A stretch of DNA of 63,991 nt, filler included, from Octopus bimaculoides (GCF_001194135.2; 4 parts of 4 records of this genome joined end to end with filler, not necessarily neighbours in it), one strand, 5' to 3'. Shown: positions 1 through 13,370, numbered from the whole stretch's first letter. Notes: generated from the letters alone by a model not told the origin. Numbers and translations are program-made.

Positions 1-77
1 ATATATATACACACATATGTGTGGATGTATGTATGAACATATAAAATCAAAATAAGCAACACGATATTGAGTAGTTA

Positions 78-163
78 TGCAGTACACCCGTTTCAAGCAG
101 CTCAATTTAATTGAACAATCCAATCATTGCATCAGTTTAAATGTAGTGCTCTCTTCAACTGCA
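78..163 (-). ncRNA. Type I hammerhead ribozyme-like motif, long helix II family, with a core substitution
   Basis: Minus strand reads TGCAG-TTGAAGA-GAGCA...TGCTT-GAAAC-GGGT-GTA-CTGCA. Helix I is TGCAG/CTGCA, helix II is GAGCA/TGCTT and the triplet is GTA. The core has C3 changed to T. Confidence 0.6.
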
Positions 164-2318
164 CAAAATATAGAATATTTTAACAAGGATGACACATTAA
201 TATATTTTTTGTTAAATATTTTAAAAGTTTAAGAATATGGAAGAAATTAATGTTGTCACTATTGTAGCAAGGTAGCTAAATATAGTCTGCGATTTCTTAG
301 AATTGCATAGAGCATAGTGGGGTTATAAGGTTGTAATTAATTTCTAATTTATTTAGCTATTTATCATCTATTAAATTTGACACTAGAATACTGGGTCTAT
401 TTTGAATAGAGAACAAGAGTTGACAGCTCATGGCTAGGTATGTTTATAAATATTATCGTAGGTATCCGTTTTCCTCAAGAGGAAGGAAATAAGGTATTAG
501 GAAGAGTCAATTCGATAAAAGTAACTCTCTATAAATAGCAAGCAGGGTTAGAGTAGACTTTAAATCATGATGTTAATTACCAGTTAAGGGAGCAAGACAC
601 TAAGAAACGTACGATGCTAACAGAGGGAAAATTTAATTAGAGGCACGATTGGAGAATGTTTATAAACAATACTTTTGTTTTGTATAAAAATAAAATTGAA
701 GAATTCCAAAATTATTAGCACCATTATGGGATATTATGTTATATTGTGGATTATATTACATTACATATTTCATATGCTATGTGTTGTGTTATATGGTGTG
801 CCATATATAATATTATCCTATGATAACCCCTGTCCAGTTAGTTTGACTTTATCCTATTTTGGTGATTACACTATTTTCCTTTCTATGGTGTTCTATGCTA
901 CTAGTGGCATTATGTATATTTGTACTGACTTTATAAAAGTAAGTCTCTCTTTCGCTATATGCTATATCCCCTAGAAACTATAAAAATCATACATGCAATA
1001 AAATCCGTAAAATTACAACTTATAAAACCTCTTCGGTTTGAATACATGTAACTGACCTCACCACTTCCATACATATTGCCCCCTTTTTTCAGGTTACCTT
1101 TACCTTATCATTTCCTCTAATATTCATCCCGTCTCTTTCTATGCAGTTCATATATATTTCTTATTATTTTCTATTAATTCTTATTTTGTTTTCTTATTTT
1201 GATATCCTTACTTAATAACTTCTTATCCCTTATAAATTGTTATTTTTCTTGTTCTTAAATTGGTATTTTTCAGTTACATAGGTCTACATACTTATACTTT
1301 ATTCATATAAACATAAATATTTGTGTATATGTATTTATGCACATATGCACATATACGTGTGTGTATGTGTGTGTGCATGCACATATATGTATATAAACAC
1401 CCTCTTTGTATACGTATCTGTATGCACTATGTTACACTTTAGATATATTTATATCAGCACATATTTTTCGAGTATTTATGTTTTAGACGTTAGATTTTAC
1501 AATTTTTATTTAAATATGTTTGTGTATTAACATTATCTCAATATCCCGCTTTTGATTCATAGCTTAGAATTAGTAGATAGTATGTATATCTTTCCAGACA
1601 TTCCATATGTATGTGCCTTGGGCAGTCTACATAGAAACCACCTAATAATTATTTAATTAAGCACAAGAATGTATATTAAACTGATTCTACGTAAAATTCC
1701 TTTTCAATATTGATAATTGATACATACACACCTTTCAGCTATTTTGGTTATGATATGATTTTGGAATTCTTAAATTTTATTTCTATACAACACAAAAATA
1801 TTGTTTATAAACTTTCCATATTCGTGCCTCCAATAATTGTTCCCTGTATTAGCATAATAGGTTTCTTAGTGTCTTGCTCCTTTAGGTGGTTATTAACATC
1901 ATGATGTAAAGTCTACCCCTACCTTTCCTGTATTTTGTAGACACTTACTTCTATCAGATTGACTTTTCCTAGTGTCTTATTTCTTTTTTCTAGGGGCAAA
2001 GGGATACCTATGATAAACTGTATGACCATACCTAGCCATGGGCTGTTCTTTATCATGTTTCCTTATTCAAAAATAGATCCTGTATTCTAGTCTCAAATTT
2101 AATAGATGGTAAATAAAGAAATAAATTAGAAATGAATTACAACACTTACAACCCTAGGACCCCACTATGCTCCATGGGATTATAAGAAATTGTAATATAT
2201 TCTTAGACACCTTGCTGCAATAGCGACAATATGATTATCTTCCACTTCTTACTCTGTTAAAAATATTTAAGAAAAATAAATTATTGTGTCCTACTTGTTA
2301 AAAAAATACTATATTTTG

Positions 2319-2732
2319 TGCAGCTGAAGGTAGCATTCTTCATTTAAATTGAAATAATGTTTGCATTGTGGAGGCGCAATGGCCCAGGGATTAGGGCAGC
2401 GGACTCGCGGTCAGAGGATCGCGGTTTCCATTCCCAGACTGGGCGTTGTGTGTATGTTTATTGAGCGAAAACACCTAAAGCTCCAAGAGGCTCCGACAGG
2501 GGGTGGTGGTGACCACTGTTGTACTCTTTCACCCCAACCTTCTGTTTCCTGTTTCTTGAGTAACACTGCGATGGACTGGCGTCCCGTTCAGCTGGTGGGG
2601 GAGAGACATATACCCCGTAGAAACCGGGAAACCGAGCCCATGAGCCTGGCTGCGTTTTATAAGGGCGCATAAATTAAGAAAAATGATTGCATTGTTCAAT
2701 TAAATGGAGTCACCTGAAACGGTCGTACTGCA
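2319..2732 (+). ncRNA. Hammerhead-like motif of the same family, split by a SINE insertion
   Basis: TGCAG-CTGAAGG (2319-2330), then the SINE, then GAAAC-GGTC-GTA-CTGCA (2716-2732). Confidence 0.5.
2370..2686 (+). mobile_element. tRNA-derived SINE (ggaggcgcaatggccc head) with target-site duplication
   Basis: A box TGGCCCAGGG and B-box-like GGTTTCCATTCC. TSD ttgcattgt at 2361-2369 and 2687-2695. The head is shared with the copy at 60452. Confidence 0.85.
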
Positions 2733-2924
2733 TAACTGCATGATATCCTGTAGCTTATTTTGATTTTATTCACCTTACTTCCAGCTCTGTGGATAGTACC
2801 GGGAAGATTTGGTGCTTACCCTTTAGTACCTAATTCAGCTGAATCTTAATTATATATACATATGCGTGTGATTGTGTGTATACACTGACAGACAGATCGG
2901 TATATAGATAGACAGATAGATAGG

Positions 2925-2949
2925 TAGACAGGTAGACAGATAGGCAGAC

Positions 2950-2985
<36 letters not shown>
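2925..2985 (+). repeat. (GATA/GACA)n microsatellite
   Basis: Read directly from the sequence. Confidence 0.9.
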
Positions 2986-2986
<1 letters not shown>

Positions 2987-2994
2987 CTTATTTG

Positions 2995-3890
2995 ATCATT
3001 TGAAGTCTGTATTTGTGATATCGATTATCCTTTGTCCTCTACTAGTTCCAGCTTGAGTGTTGTGTCAAAGCTGTTGCACCGCCGTTAGCCTTGAAGATAT
3101 TGAAGATCTGTGGGCGCGTGACACCTAAAATGTTGCAGGGTCTGGTCTTGTATCTTGATGACAATGTTGATAATTTTAGTATTATGCAGTGGTGTCTCGT
3201 TCTCTTGTTTCTGTAACTTTCAATGCTAAAGGTTGGTACAAGTCATTCTATGATTTTCCGGATGAATATCACTGCATATCTATCCCGCCTTCGTTCAGGG
3301 GATTAGAGACTTAACTATTTCAGTCTCTCTCAGTGGGTGATATGCCGCATAGACATGATTTTATTAAGTTAGCTTCACCGTATTACCTCGTGCTCCGTCG
3401 TTAATTCTACACTGTGTGGTGACCGTAGTTGGGAGAAGTAGTTTAAAGCCTGGAAAAATGACATCCACAGAATCAGCTTGCTCTTCTGAAAAATCTTAGG
3501 ATCCTGCCAGTAAGCTGTCTGCACTTTATTGCCAATTTAGTGACATGCACCAAGAAAGATGCCTCATTACTAATGTTAGTTCCCAGGCGGTGCATTGATT
3601 TTGATTCAGTGATTACAATATCTCCTGTCCGCATTTCAATCAGATTTATATGGTAGTGAGTAGAATTTTCCAGTATTAAAATGCATGTAATTTACTACAT
3701 CCCACCTGTATATTTCATTCAACTCTTGCTTCAAGGGTGGAACATCTCCAAGGTTTTATAACCTCTGTAAAACATTTGTAACATTTGCATAACTTGAAAG
3801 AGTGACTATCTGAGCCGCTGAAGGCATATCTGGGAGGGTCACTAAGTATAGCAGTGGGCACAAGGTAATGCCTTTTGCCCTGTGCACTGT
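2995..3890 (-). mobile_element. Decayed CR1-group LINE: RT core to 3' end
   Basis: Minus-strand translation with stops and frameshifts gives LCPLLYLVTLPDMPS..LSSYANVT (RT, YADD-equivalent), IYRWDVVNYMHFNTGKF, LAIKCRQLTGRILRFFR and ERLK..ERRRDRYAVIFIRKIIE*LVP. Confidence 0.8.
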
Positions 3891-4594
3891 GTGCATACCG
3901 ATGCGTCCATAAGATCAGCTGCATACATAGCTATGAACATTCACCTACATTGAACTTAGAGAAGCTATCTATACTTATAGAAAATCAAGTGAATTTATGT
4001 TTTGTCATGTTGAAAGAAACACAAGATAATTTTTACACCGAATGCGATAATAAACCACATTCACAGTAATCACTCTCTGTTTATCAACGTATAGGACGGT
4101 ACTGTTAAGTGCATTGCTTTTAGTACTTGGGATACTAGGTTCTATTCCCCATAGCAGAAGGATGTTTTCTATCATCATGTTTCATTCGTATTTGTATGAC
4201 TATTTGCCTGGAAATATAATTCTATCTGTTGGATACCCACGCCATTTAACAAGTTTTTCTTTATGATGTTCCAGTGAAAATATGCTAATATATTATTATA
4301 CTTGATTACCAATTGGTAGGTATTTTTCTTTCGCAGATATAAATAGGTCTGTTGCCTATTCGATCTAAATTTTGGAAAGTACATTGCGGTGTAAGAATCC
4401 ACTTGAATATGTTTGTTCCATACCCTTCTGCATTTTTAAAAATTTGTTTTTAGCTGTACCGGTTGAAGATGGTGTGCCTGAAGTGCCGTTGTTTGGAGTT
4501 ATCCTAATAATGGGAGCGTTCATGCTTGTGTTTTGAGGTGGGATCAAACCATTATCAAACTTTTCCACCGGAGACATTTATCTTGCATGTGTCG

Positions 4595-4650
4595 ATTATT
4601 ATCATTATCATTATCGTCTTTGTTGTTGTTATTATCATTGTTGTTATTGC

Positions 4651-4718
<68 letters not shown>
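4595..4718 (+). repeat. (ATT)n microsatellite
   Basis: Read directly from the sequence; source of the poly-I and poly-L ORFs. Confidence 0.95.
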
Positions 4719-4719
<1 letters not shown>

Positions 4720-4724
4720 GAAGA

Positions 4725-4875
4725 CGTTAAATCAGGAAAATCGTTTGCACTGCGGACAAAAATCTTAGCGGCATTTCGTCTAAGTTCAAATTCAGCAGTT
4801 GTTGATTTTTCTCTTCATTCTTTCGGGGTCGATAAAATAAGTGCGTGTTCAACAGTTCGAGTGATGTAATCAACT
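4725..4875 (+). mobile_element. Degenerate SINE (gttagcacgccgggcgaaatgcttagcgg family)
   Basis: cttagcggcatttcgtc...agttcaaattc...cattctttcggggtcgataaaataagt matches the better-preserved copies at 31585 and 49662. Confidence 0.7.
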
Positions 4876-7011
4876 ACTCCCCTAACCACCAACAGTTCAG
4901 ATCGTGTGCTTTTGCAATTTAAAATTTATTTTGGATATTATCGTATTCGAAATCCTTTATAATTTTCGCTTACACAATATGCACGGCATTCCTTCGCACC
5001 TCGTTATATCGTAGAAATTATGTACGACTGATATTAATGAGTTTCTTAAGAATTAATGATTAACAGATATACGCACAATGAATGTATTGAAACTGTTACA
5101 CAGTACACAGCAGGTATATCCAATTATTCACACATAAAATCCCAAATTAGGAAACATATCCATGGGAAAGTTATGAACGTAAAACAATTTCATTTATTCC
5201 TGTATTAATATGCAGTCTTGTAATTACGTAAAATACCAATCACCATAACTTGGTAATACAGGAAGAATTTTAAATGCAATAATGTTAAAAGGAATTGATT
5301 ACAAACGTGTAAATTAGATTAATGAGAATGTGATTTTCATGCCGTTCCACATGAGATTAACGGCCTGAGTGAAATTAATGTGTTTAAGGAAAACAGACAG
5401 GACATCTGCGAATGTATTCGGTTGATTACTAATCTAGAGGGCTTCACATGCCATATTTGCCGTTTCATTTTTGCACATAAATCAGTCTAAAGGGAATCCA
5501 ATGTGACCTTAGAATTTCGATAATTTTCTTAACTGGTTTTGAAGAATGTGGTTGCTGTTCACTTGACTTGGAGAGTGTACATAATGTAAAGAAATACTAG
5601 AGCCTTTCATCCCTGTTAAGAAAACAGTAAAAGTGACCTTCAGACCAGAATCTATGAGATGACGCACGATAGGAGTGAAGAAAAAAGTAAAGTGCTGCAT
5701 ATAGATTATATACAAGTGGCTAATTTGCTTGCACAGTTATTGATGTAATATTAGTGGAAGAAGAGGCAGTGAAAGAGAGTGGAAGATAAAAAAAGAGAGA
5801 CTGAGTGGTAGAAGAGAAGGAGAGAGGAAGCTACGTTTGTAAGTCAGGGTTTGGAAGGTAAATTATCGACAATCAATATAATCCAACTATTTTGAGGATA
5901 ATATTGCAGGAAATTACGATGATCATATCTTGAATAAAAACAAAATATTGACGAATATGAAGAGAATAGGTTTAAACACAAATAAATATTAACTCCTTGG
6001 TGCAAGCTGTCAAGAACCGAAAACTTCAGTTTCAATACAAAGCATATTTAAATTTTCCATTGTTTAAATTTTGTTCACAACAAAAAACATAAATGACAAA
6101 ATTCGATTCATTCGGCGCCAAGTTTGTACTACGATTGCTTTATGTGGTCTGCTTCGACCTATGATAATGGCAAACTCGACGTTCCAACAAAATACTATCG
6201 AGAATTTGATCTGAATCTAAACTATTTCAGTAAACATCTAGATGAGCTTGTACCTCATATTCGTTTCTAATACTCGTATAAACCATTTTGCCTTAACGGA
6301 CAAATAATACTGAGGAACATCACAATTCAAGTAAATATTTTCTTTACAAAATTACGAAAAACCAGTTATTTGTGAACCTGACAAATAACAAAATTGTTTA
6401 GTACCTTTTCTATTTATTCAGAGCTTGCACTCTTTTTCAAGTAATATTATTACTTATTACACGAAGAAGGTATCTACATATTAAACACATAGAATACATT
6501 TCATGCAAGAGCCGGGTTGCTTGAATACTCGTTTATATTAGTACGAAAGACACTTACCTCTCATCGTTGTTCTCCATTCAAAATTTGTACCAGAAATGTG
6601 TAACATTCTTAATTGAATTTTCTTCAGCCAAAACAAAGAGCTATATTGTGAAGCTGAAATAAAGTTATTTCATCAAGCAACATATATGTATGCGTGTGTA
6701 TTTATCTACGTATGTATATATATATATACGTATACTAATCTTTTCTGCATGAGAACTTATTGAGCTAACAGAATCGTGTGCACGCCTTGCAAGAGGTTAT
6801 GTATGCATGCATGTATGTATGCATGTATGGATGTATGCATGTATTTATGTACGCATTTATGCATGTATGTATGTGTGTGTGTATGCATATGTGTGTATGT
6901 ATGTGTGTGTGTCTACACGCATACATATATGGGTGCATAATTGTAATGTGTGTGCGGGCGCGTATTTCTGTATGGATTTTCATTATCAGAAACCTCAAAG
7001 GCGTCAACAAG

Positions 7012-7122
7012 GGAAGAATGGTTAGCACGCCGGGAAAAAAAATGTTTTACGGTAATTTGTCCGTCTTTACTTTCTGAGTTCAAACTCCGCCGAGGTCGAC
7101 TTTGTCTTTCATCCTTTCGGAA
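7012..7122 (+). mobile_element. Truncated SINE of the same family
   Basis: gttagcacgccggg...ttctgagttcaaactccgccgaggtcgactttgtctttcatcctttcgg. Confidence 0.8.
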
Positions 7123-7157
7123 GAAAGCACTATACTCGGTATGTTTACAATTTCTAA

Positions 7158-7422
7158 AATATAAAACATATGTTAATGGTGACAACAATTTCTAAAATGT
7201 ATATGTCACATTATATCTTAATCACATTTTATTCAAGGTTACTTACTTAAGCTTAGTATGTATGTATTTAATGCATTTGAGAATTATGTATTAACTTATG
7301 TATTGTAGTGTCTGTTTTACCAAAAGTAGATTTTTGAATTTTTTGTTATGTTTATTAATTCCCAAACAGCGTTTAAATATATATTTCGAGACTGTTGTCA
7401 CCATTAACATATGTTTTATATT
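7158..7422. repeat. Perfect 30-bp inverted repeat about 205 bp apart (MITE-like or inversion)
   Basis: aatataaaacatatgttaatggtgacaaca (7158-7187) and its exact reverse complement (7393-7422). Confidence 0.8.
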
Positions 7423-8911
7423 ATGTAGCTGATATAATTGTGGTTAGTAAAATTACTTACGTCGATCATATGTTTAATTACTTTAATTCAATAAAAACTT
7501 TATATTGCAATTCTGTCTTTTTCGTTTCAGTTCCGTTATATGTAATTTTCTTTAATTGTCATTAACAGACTGGCTTATAAAGTATTAGTCTATGGTATGT
7601 TTATTCTGTTTATACTAATGAGTTTTAAGTATTAGCGTTCTGGTTAAGTTATAGGTTTACGTTTTATTTATTAGTCTGCTTGGAAATGAGAGTAGTCAGG
7701 TGTGTTGTGGGAATTGCATTGCAAGTTCAAAATTGTTCTCATATATCTTAATATTCAGGTAGCGTTTAATTATCGCTTGGCGTTCTTCACGCCATTGGAT
7801 TGAATGACATTGCTTGGTATAGAAACAATGATTTTCAATAAAACAGCTGGTGTTCGGGTGTTTTGTCGTATTTTTAGTGTATCCATTTTGTTGTATCTTA
7901 AGTTAAATTTTATGGTGATCAACTTCGCACTAGTATCGTATGTGGTTGTGCAATGTTTATACATATATATATGTATGCTAATATGTGTGTGTCTATGCCA
8001 GAGCATGTGTGAATGCGTGTCTGTGTGAGGGCATGTATGAGTGTGGGTCTAAATTACGGAAAAATGTAAATAACACTGACATTTTATTTTAACAGATATA
8101 TTTACCAAAAATTACATTAAAATATCTTCAAATACCAAAGAGTAAATTTAGTTAATAAAATTTCCATGGGCTTCCACCACGGCCTCCAGACGACCTCGGA
8201 ATATCCTGCTTCTCTTCTGGACAGTCTCCTTGTTTAAGTTGGCATAATTCTTTTCCTCAGTTCATCTTAAATGTTACAAGAAGTTAGTTTTGTTGGTCTC
8301 TGTCTCAACTGCGGCCCACACATAATAATGAAGGGTGTCACAGCCTTTGGGTGGCATGGTGCAGAGTCATGCTGCCAGGTACAGGGCCTTCCAACAGCCA
8401 CCCTCGGGAGGCATAAGGTCGCCATCACTAGTGACCATTCCAAACACTATGATGTTGAATGGATGTGTTATTTTTATTACTCTCGGTACATGTTGTGGGG
8501 ATACGTTAAGCTTATGGTTGTTCTGTCTGTTCACCATCTAATCCTGGCAAAAAGTTCTCTTGTCTGAGGAAAAGCAAAGCATATTCAGTTGGAGAGGGTC
8601 CCATCTTTCACGTGGGGCTCAGTTAAAATTTTCTTCAGGTCAAGTAGTCCATCCTGCTCAAATGTCCCCGAATAAGGGGTTGTTTAAGGATGCTGAACGA
8701 AACACCCAGGTTTTCTAACAGTGAATTATTCAAACCCTAAAGAGTCTCTCTCAACACATGGCTATGGTGCTCCCTCACTACTACTCGTGACCAGAGATAC
8801 AAATATCGTGAGCCACTAACGGACATGCTCAACTGACAAGCAAGTCTGTGGTATTCAGCAGAATATTTTATAAAAGATGGTCTACAGCAAATATTCTGTG
8901 GTATTAAGCAG

Positions 8912-9100
8912 AAGATGCTTAAGTTTATTCAAAAGCTCCGGAGCGAGGTTTTTCCTCCTGTCTAAGATGGTTTGGGATAAAAGTTGGCTCTTTCTCATCT
9001 TGTATAAGGAATACCGAACGTCTTCATGCACTACCATCCTCCAACCCGTGAAATTTGTAACTGAACCGGTTTAGCCGTCCGTCCATGATCGGACTATGTT
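8912..9100 (-). mobile_element. Tc1/mariner-superfamily transposase fragment
   Basis: Minus frame RMVVHEDVRYSLYKMRKSQLLSQTILDRRKNLAPELLNKLKHLL resembles the segment preceding the DDD/E domain. Similarity recognised by eye. Confidence 0.6.
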
Positions 9101-10120
9101 ACCCTTGGTAGTGTCCAATGCCAACAAGTCTCACATTCTTTCAGATGTGCAACTATGTTCTCCTTCATATATGAGAGATAAGTATCTTAAGAAGACTGAC
9201 ATTGTTTTCATGTTAATTCTGGAAAAATAGATATTAAACACGTGGAGATGTATTTTAATTATTTAAAAACGTGGAAAATCAATCGAGGTCCTTGTCGGCC
9301 GTATCAGTGTTGCATCATAAGGCGTTTTGTTCCAAACCAGTATTTAAGCAGAATAGAAACATCACAGTTCAGATAATTATTCATAAATGATAAAATCTAT
9401 GTAGTAGATAAAATAATTAGAGTGTTTATTCATAAGAATGTCTATAAATTTAAAGATCACTAGTACACAATTTGTTAATTAATTAAATGTATCTTATTTA
9501 CGTGTCGGATAAATAGATATGTAAATACGAATTAATTAAAACATTTGCTTAGTTACTTGGTTAAAATAAATATTTTTGCTCTGAGCTATATATTTTTGGT
9601 ATATATTAATTTGAACATTTTAACTAAACTCGTAAAGTTCACATGTAACCACTTCTAAACTAGAAACCGCATGTATATATATATATATTATTTGAAATTT
9701 TATAGTTTCGTGGGATTTTTTTTTTAATTTTCCAGTATGTCAATAATAAGGACAATCTCAAAACATCATGAAAGAATGCAGAATTTCAAAAACTTGCCAA
9801 ATATCAACGAAATCCGACATCAGAAAATCATGTTTCTAAAATGTCTAAGAAATAAAAAAAACTAAATAAAAACTAAACTAATATTAAGGAAAGGAACATC
9901 AAAGAAAACAGCATGCGAAAAATTAATCAAAGACTTCGGGATAAAATCAAAAGATTGCTTGCTGAATGTAGTGATTGAATTAATTAAGGAAATATTTTGC
10001 AGAAACAACCTCTATATTACTTTTTGTCCAAGCTTTAAAAGGCACCCAGTTGCCACTTCCTATGTATGAATAGAAACGACTCACTGTCTACATTTCTATC
10101 TATTGAAACATAGCAATATG

Positions 10121-10160
<40 letters not shown>

Positions 10161-10164
10161 AGTG

Positions 10165-10205
<41 letters not shown>

Positions 10206-10473
10206 TTGCGTGTGCGATTGCAAATAAATAACGTGATAAATAAATAAAAGTAAATAAACAGGCAATCAGGTAAATATCTTACTTTCATTTTTCCTCACCC
10301 TTACACTCTTTTCCAATATCTCACTTTCTCTCCTCTCTCTCTCTCTCTCTCTCTCAGCATCTTTCGTTCCATCCCAGTTTCTCGTTTGCTGCCATTTTCC
10401 CCGTGTGTGTTGTTGCGCCTGGGTATGTAGTGCGTAAGATTGTGTGATTGTATGTATTTATATGTGAGTGTGC

Positions 10474-10513
<40 letters not shown>

Positions 10514-10982
10514 NNNNNNNNNNNNNNNNNNNNNNNNNNNNNNNNNNNNNNNNNNNNNNNNNNNNNNNNNNNNNNNNNNNNNNNNNNNNNNNNNNNNNNN
10601 NNNNNNNNNNNNNNNNNNNNNNNNNNNNNNNNNNNNNNNNNNNNNNNNNNNNNNNNNNNNNNNNNNNNNNNNNNNNNNNNNNNNNNNNNNNNNNNNNNNN
10701 NNNNNNNNNNNNNNNNNNNNNNNNNNNNNNNNNNNNNNNNNNNNNNNNNNNNNNNNNNNNNNNNNNNNNNNNNNNNNNNNNNNNNNNNNNNNNNNNNNNN
10801 NNNNNNNNNNNNNNNNNNNNNNNNNNNNNNNNNNNNNNNNNNNNNNNNNNNNNNNNNNNNNNNNNNNNNNNNNNNNNNNNNNNNNNNNNNNNNNNNNNNN
10901 NNNNNNNNNNNNNNNNNNNNNNNNNNNNNNNNNNNNNNNNNNNNNNNNNNNNNNNNNNNNNNNNNNNNNNNNNNNNNNNNNN

Positions 10983-11014
<32 letters not shown>

Positions 11015-12249
11015 CATATACATACGTGTGTGTGCGTTTGTGTGTGTATCTATGATATACGTGGGTATATATGTACATATTCATATTTGAATGTGTGTAT
11101 GAATGCATATGTGTATACTCATAAACATATACACATATATACATGTACCTACATACATACGTATAGCCTCTTAATTCTAAATCTTAGTTTGTATATGTGT
11201 CTATTATTGTCAATATATGTGTATATGAGATGCGTGTGTAGCTACAAAGATATGCGTCCAATTTTAATTTTATATTATTTTCCTCTAAACTAATATCGAA
11301 AACTTTAATTAAGATCGGCAGGACATTAGGTTAAAGAAAAATTAATTTCATCTAAATAACAAGAAAAGAAAGTCATATAATCTGAAACGGAGATCAAAAA
11401 CAGCCAGAAGAGAAATATATAAACACAATTTTTTTAAAATTACATCCGTATATTTTCTTCAACAAATATAATGCACGACTGATGATTAAATTTTTAGTCA
11501 TCTACATAGAAATTCTTCGAAAACATTAATCAGGCACGATTAACTTGTCTTTAAATCTAAGTTTACCACGGTGCATTTTAATTTAACATCCGATTTTGTA
11601 TATTCGGTTCTTTGTATGTTGGAACCGATGTATTTTTGATAGATATGTGCCGTGTTGAAAACGTCAGCAAAGGGGGAAATCAATACATAAACTTTCGCAC
11701 TAGTGCCGACACACAGAAGCAAATAACACACACACAAACACATACACACACACAAATACACTGGCACATACAAACACACACACACACAAAAAGAAACACA
11801 CGTACACAAATACATACATATACACATAGATAAACAGAAACATTAAGTTAGATGAATGGTCCTTACTGTGTTAGCATACATCAAAATCTTGCCTACAAAC
11901 TCATTTGCTAAGGCGAAACAGGTTGTGGAGTTTGCTGCTGTGCGCCATTGCAACATAAATTTACATACAAACATTTAATGTTTAATAGCTGATATACATC
12001 TATATATCTAATAATGGGTATATATGCAATTCTGTATGTATGTTGGTATGTATGCATGAATGCATGTAGGCGTTTATGTTTGCATGCATGGTTGTATATA
12101 TGTATGCATCTTTCTCTTTGTAATCTAAAATTAATTTCGACTAGCTTGCTGCTTGGCAACAAGTTTGTGAACACAAGTATCTTGATTTGTTTATCATCCT
12201 TGAAATCTTTAGAAGGTCAGGCATATTTTTATAGCCCCTAATATCGTGA

Positions 12250-12800
12250 TCATTTGTAGTGTATGAGCTTATGAGTAGCGTTCTATCATCAGGAACGCAA
12301 GCTCAACCATAGTTTACGCCAGATAGATTGGTACGTAATCTAACGGTCCAATAATAATTGTTATGAAGGATTTGCAACGATTTAGACATATCCTATTTGT
12401 CTTGAGTTTTTCAAGCGATACTGGTATCTAGAGGACTGCAGATTTCCATAACAGAGCTTTCCTTTTCCTTGTAGCCCTACGCAACAATATCTGGCCGGTT
12501 GTGATTTAATATAGTGCCCGTGTTAATTTGTTAAGTATTCTATCATTATTAGTCGGTCACATTGGCCTCTCTATAGTCAAATTCATCTGTAGGTATTTTT
12601 CATTTTTGTTATAGTTATCCCAATGTGTTGGTCAACTCATCATGCCTTGTGTGAATATAATATTTGGAAGACATTCAGATGTTGTCTGTCAATATTTTCT
12701 GCCATTCATCCGGTAGTTACTTAGTGGCGATCTCTTTTTCTAGAATTGAATGGAAGTAGCTTTCTAAGTAGGACCTCATCATCTTATCGGTATTTCATTT
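12250..12800 (-). mobile_element. Decayed RLE-type LINE (R4/Dong-like), 3' region
   Basis: Minus strand: SYLESYFHSILEKEIATK, MSSKYYIHTRHD, HNRPDIVA*GYKEKESSVMEICSPLD (PD..E endonuclease motif) and IIIGPLDYVP. Confidence 0.75.
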
Positions 12801-13296
12801 CTCAGAACTCCAGTACGCACACATGACAACTTTGAACTCAATCATACAGGATTAGAAATAAAACATGGTGTTAAAAACACTTCACCAATGCTTAACGAAG
12901 TTTGGGGCTTACAGTAAATACTAAAACAAAAACTTCCTCGTCCAAACAGGCCTGAAGTCTGCCTTTCCGGAGTTAGCATTGCGATTTAGAACACAACACT
13001 GGAGCAAGTTGGCATATCTTGCAAATGTGCTATCCAGGAAATGCAAATCCGAGCAAGATGTGGAACGAGTAGTCTGATCGGCTTACTCAGCTCTGGGTAA
13101 ATTGATACCATTAAAAATAAAGATCTAAATGTTTAAGTCGAAGATTACTATTAGTGCAAATGTTCAACCAGGAGGAGAAATCTCTCCTCAGAAGGACGAG
13201 CCGGCGTTATGCATACACACACACGCACATTTAAACACATACACGTGTACACACACACACATATTCACATACACATATGTGTGTGTCTGTGTCTGT

Positions 13297-13351
<55 letters not shown>

Positions 13352-13370
13352 GCACATGCACCAATAGATA

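Larger units (their letters stand above)
41..2769. mobile_element. Inverted-repeat remnant with arms of about 680 bp (41-720 versus 1740-2769, the right arm interrupted by a SINE); probably Penelope-like
   Basis: The arms are diverged reverse complements, e.g. agttatgcagtacacccgtttcaagcagctcaatttaattgaacaat (73-119) versus attgttcaattaaatggagtcacctgaaacggtcgtactgcataact (2691-2737), and aagggagcaagacactaagaaac versus gtttcttagtgtcttgctccttt. The same terminus recurs at about 17303 and 63457. Both outer ends carry an HHR-like motif. Confidence 0.7.

Noticed and set aside
590-1760. Weak Penelope RT-like (FINNxFVLY) and GIY-YIG-like (KGVYVSIIN..FYV) peptides in the foldback arms
   Set aside because: They are too short, their spacing is inconsistent with a real RT-EN ORF, and they need an HMM test.
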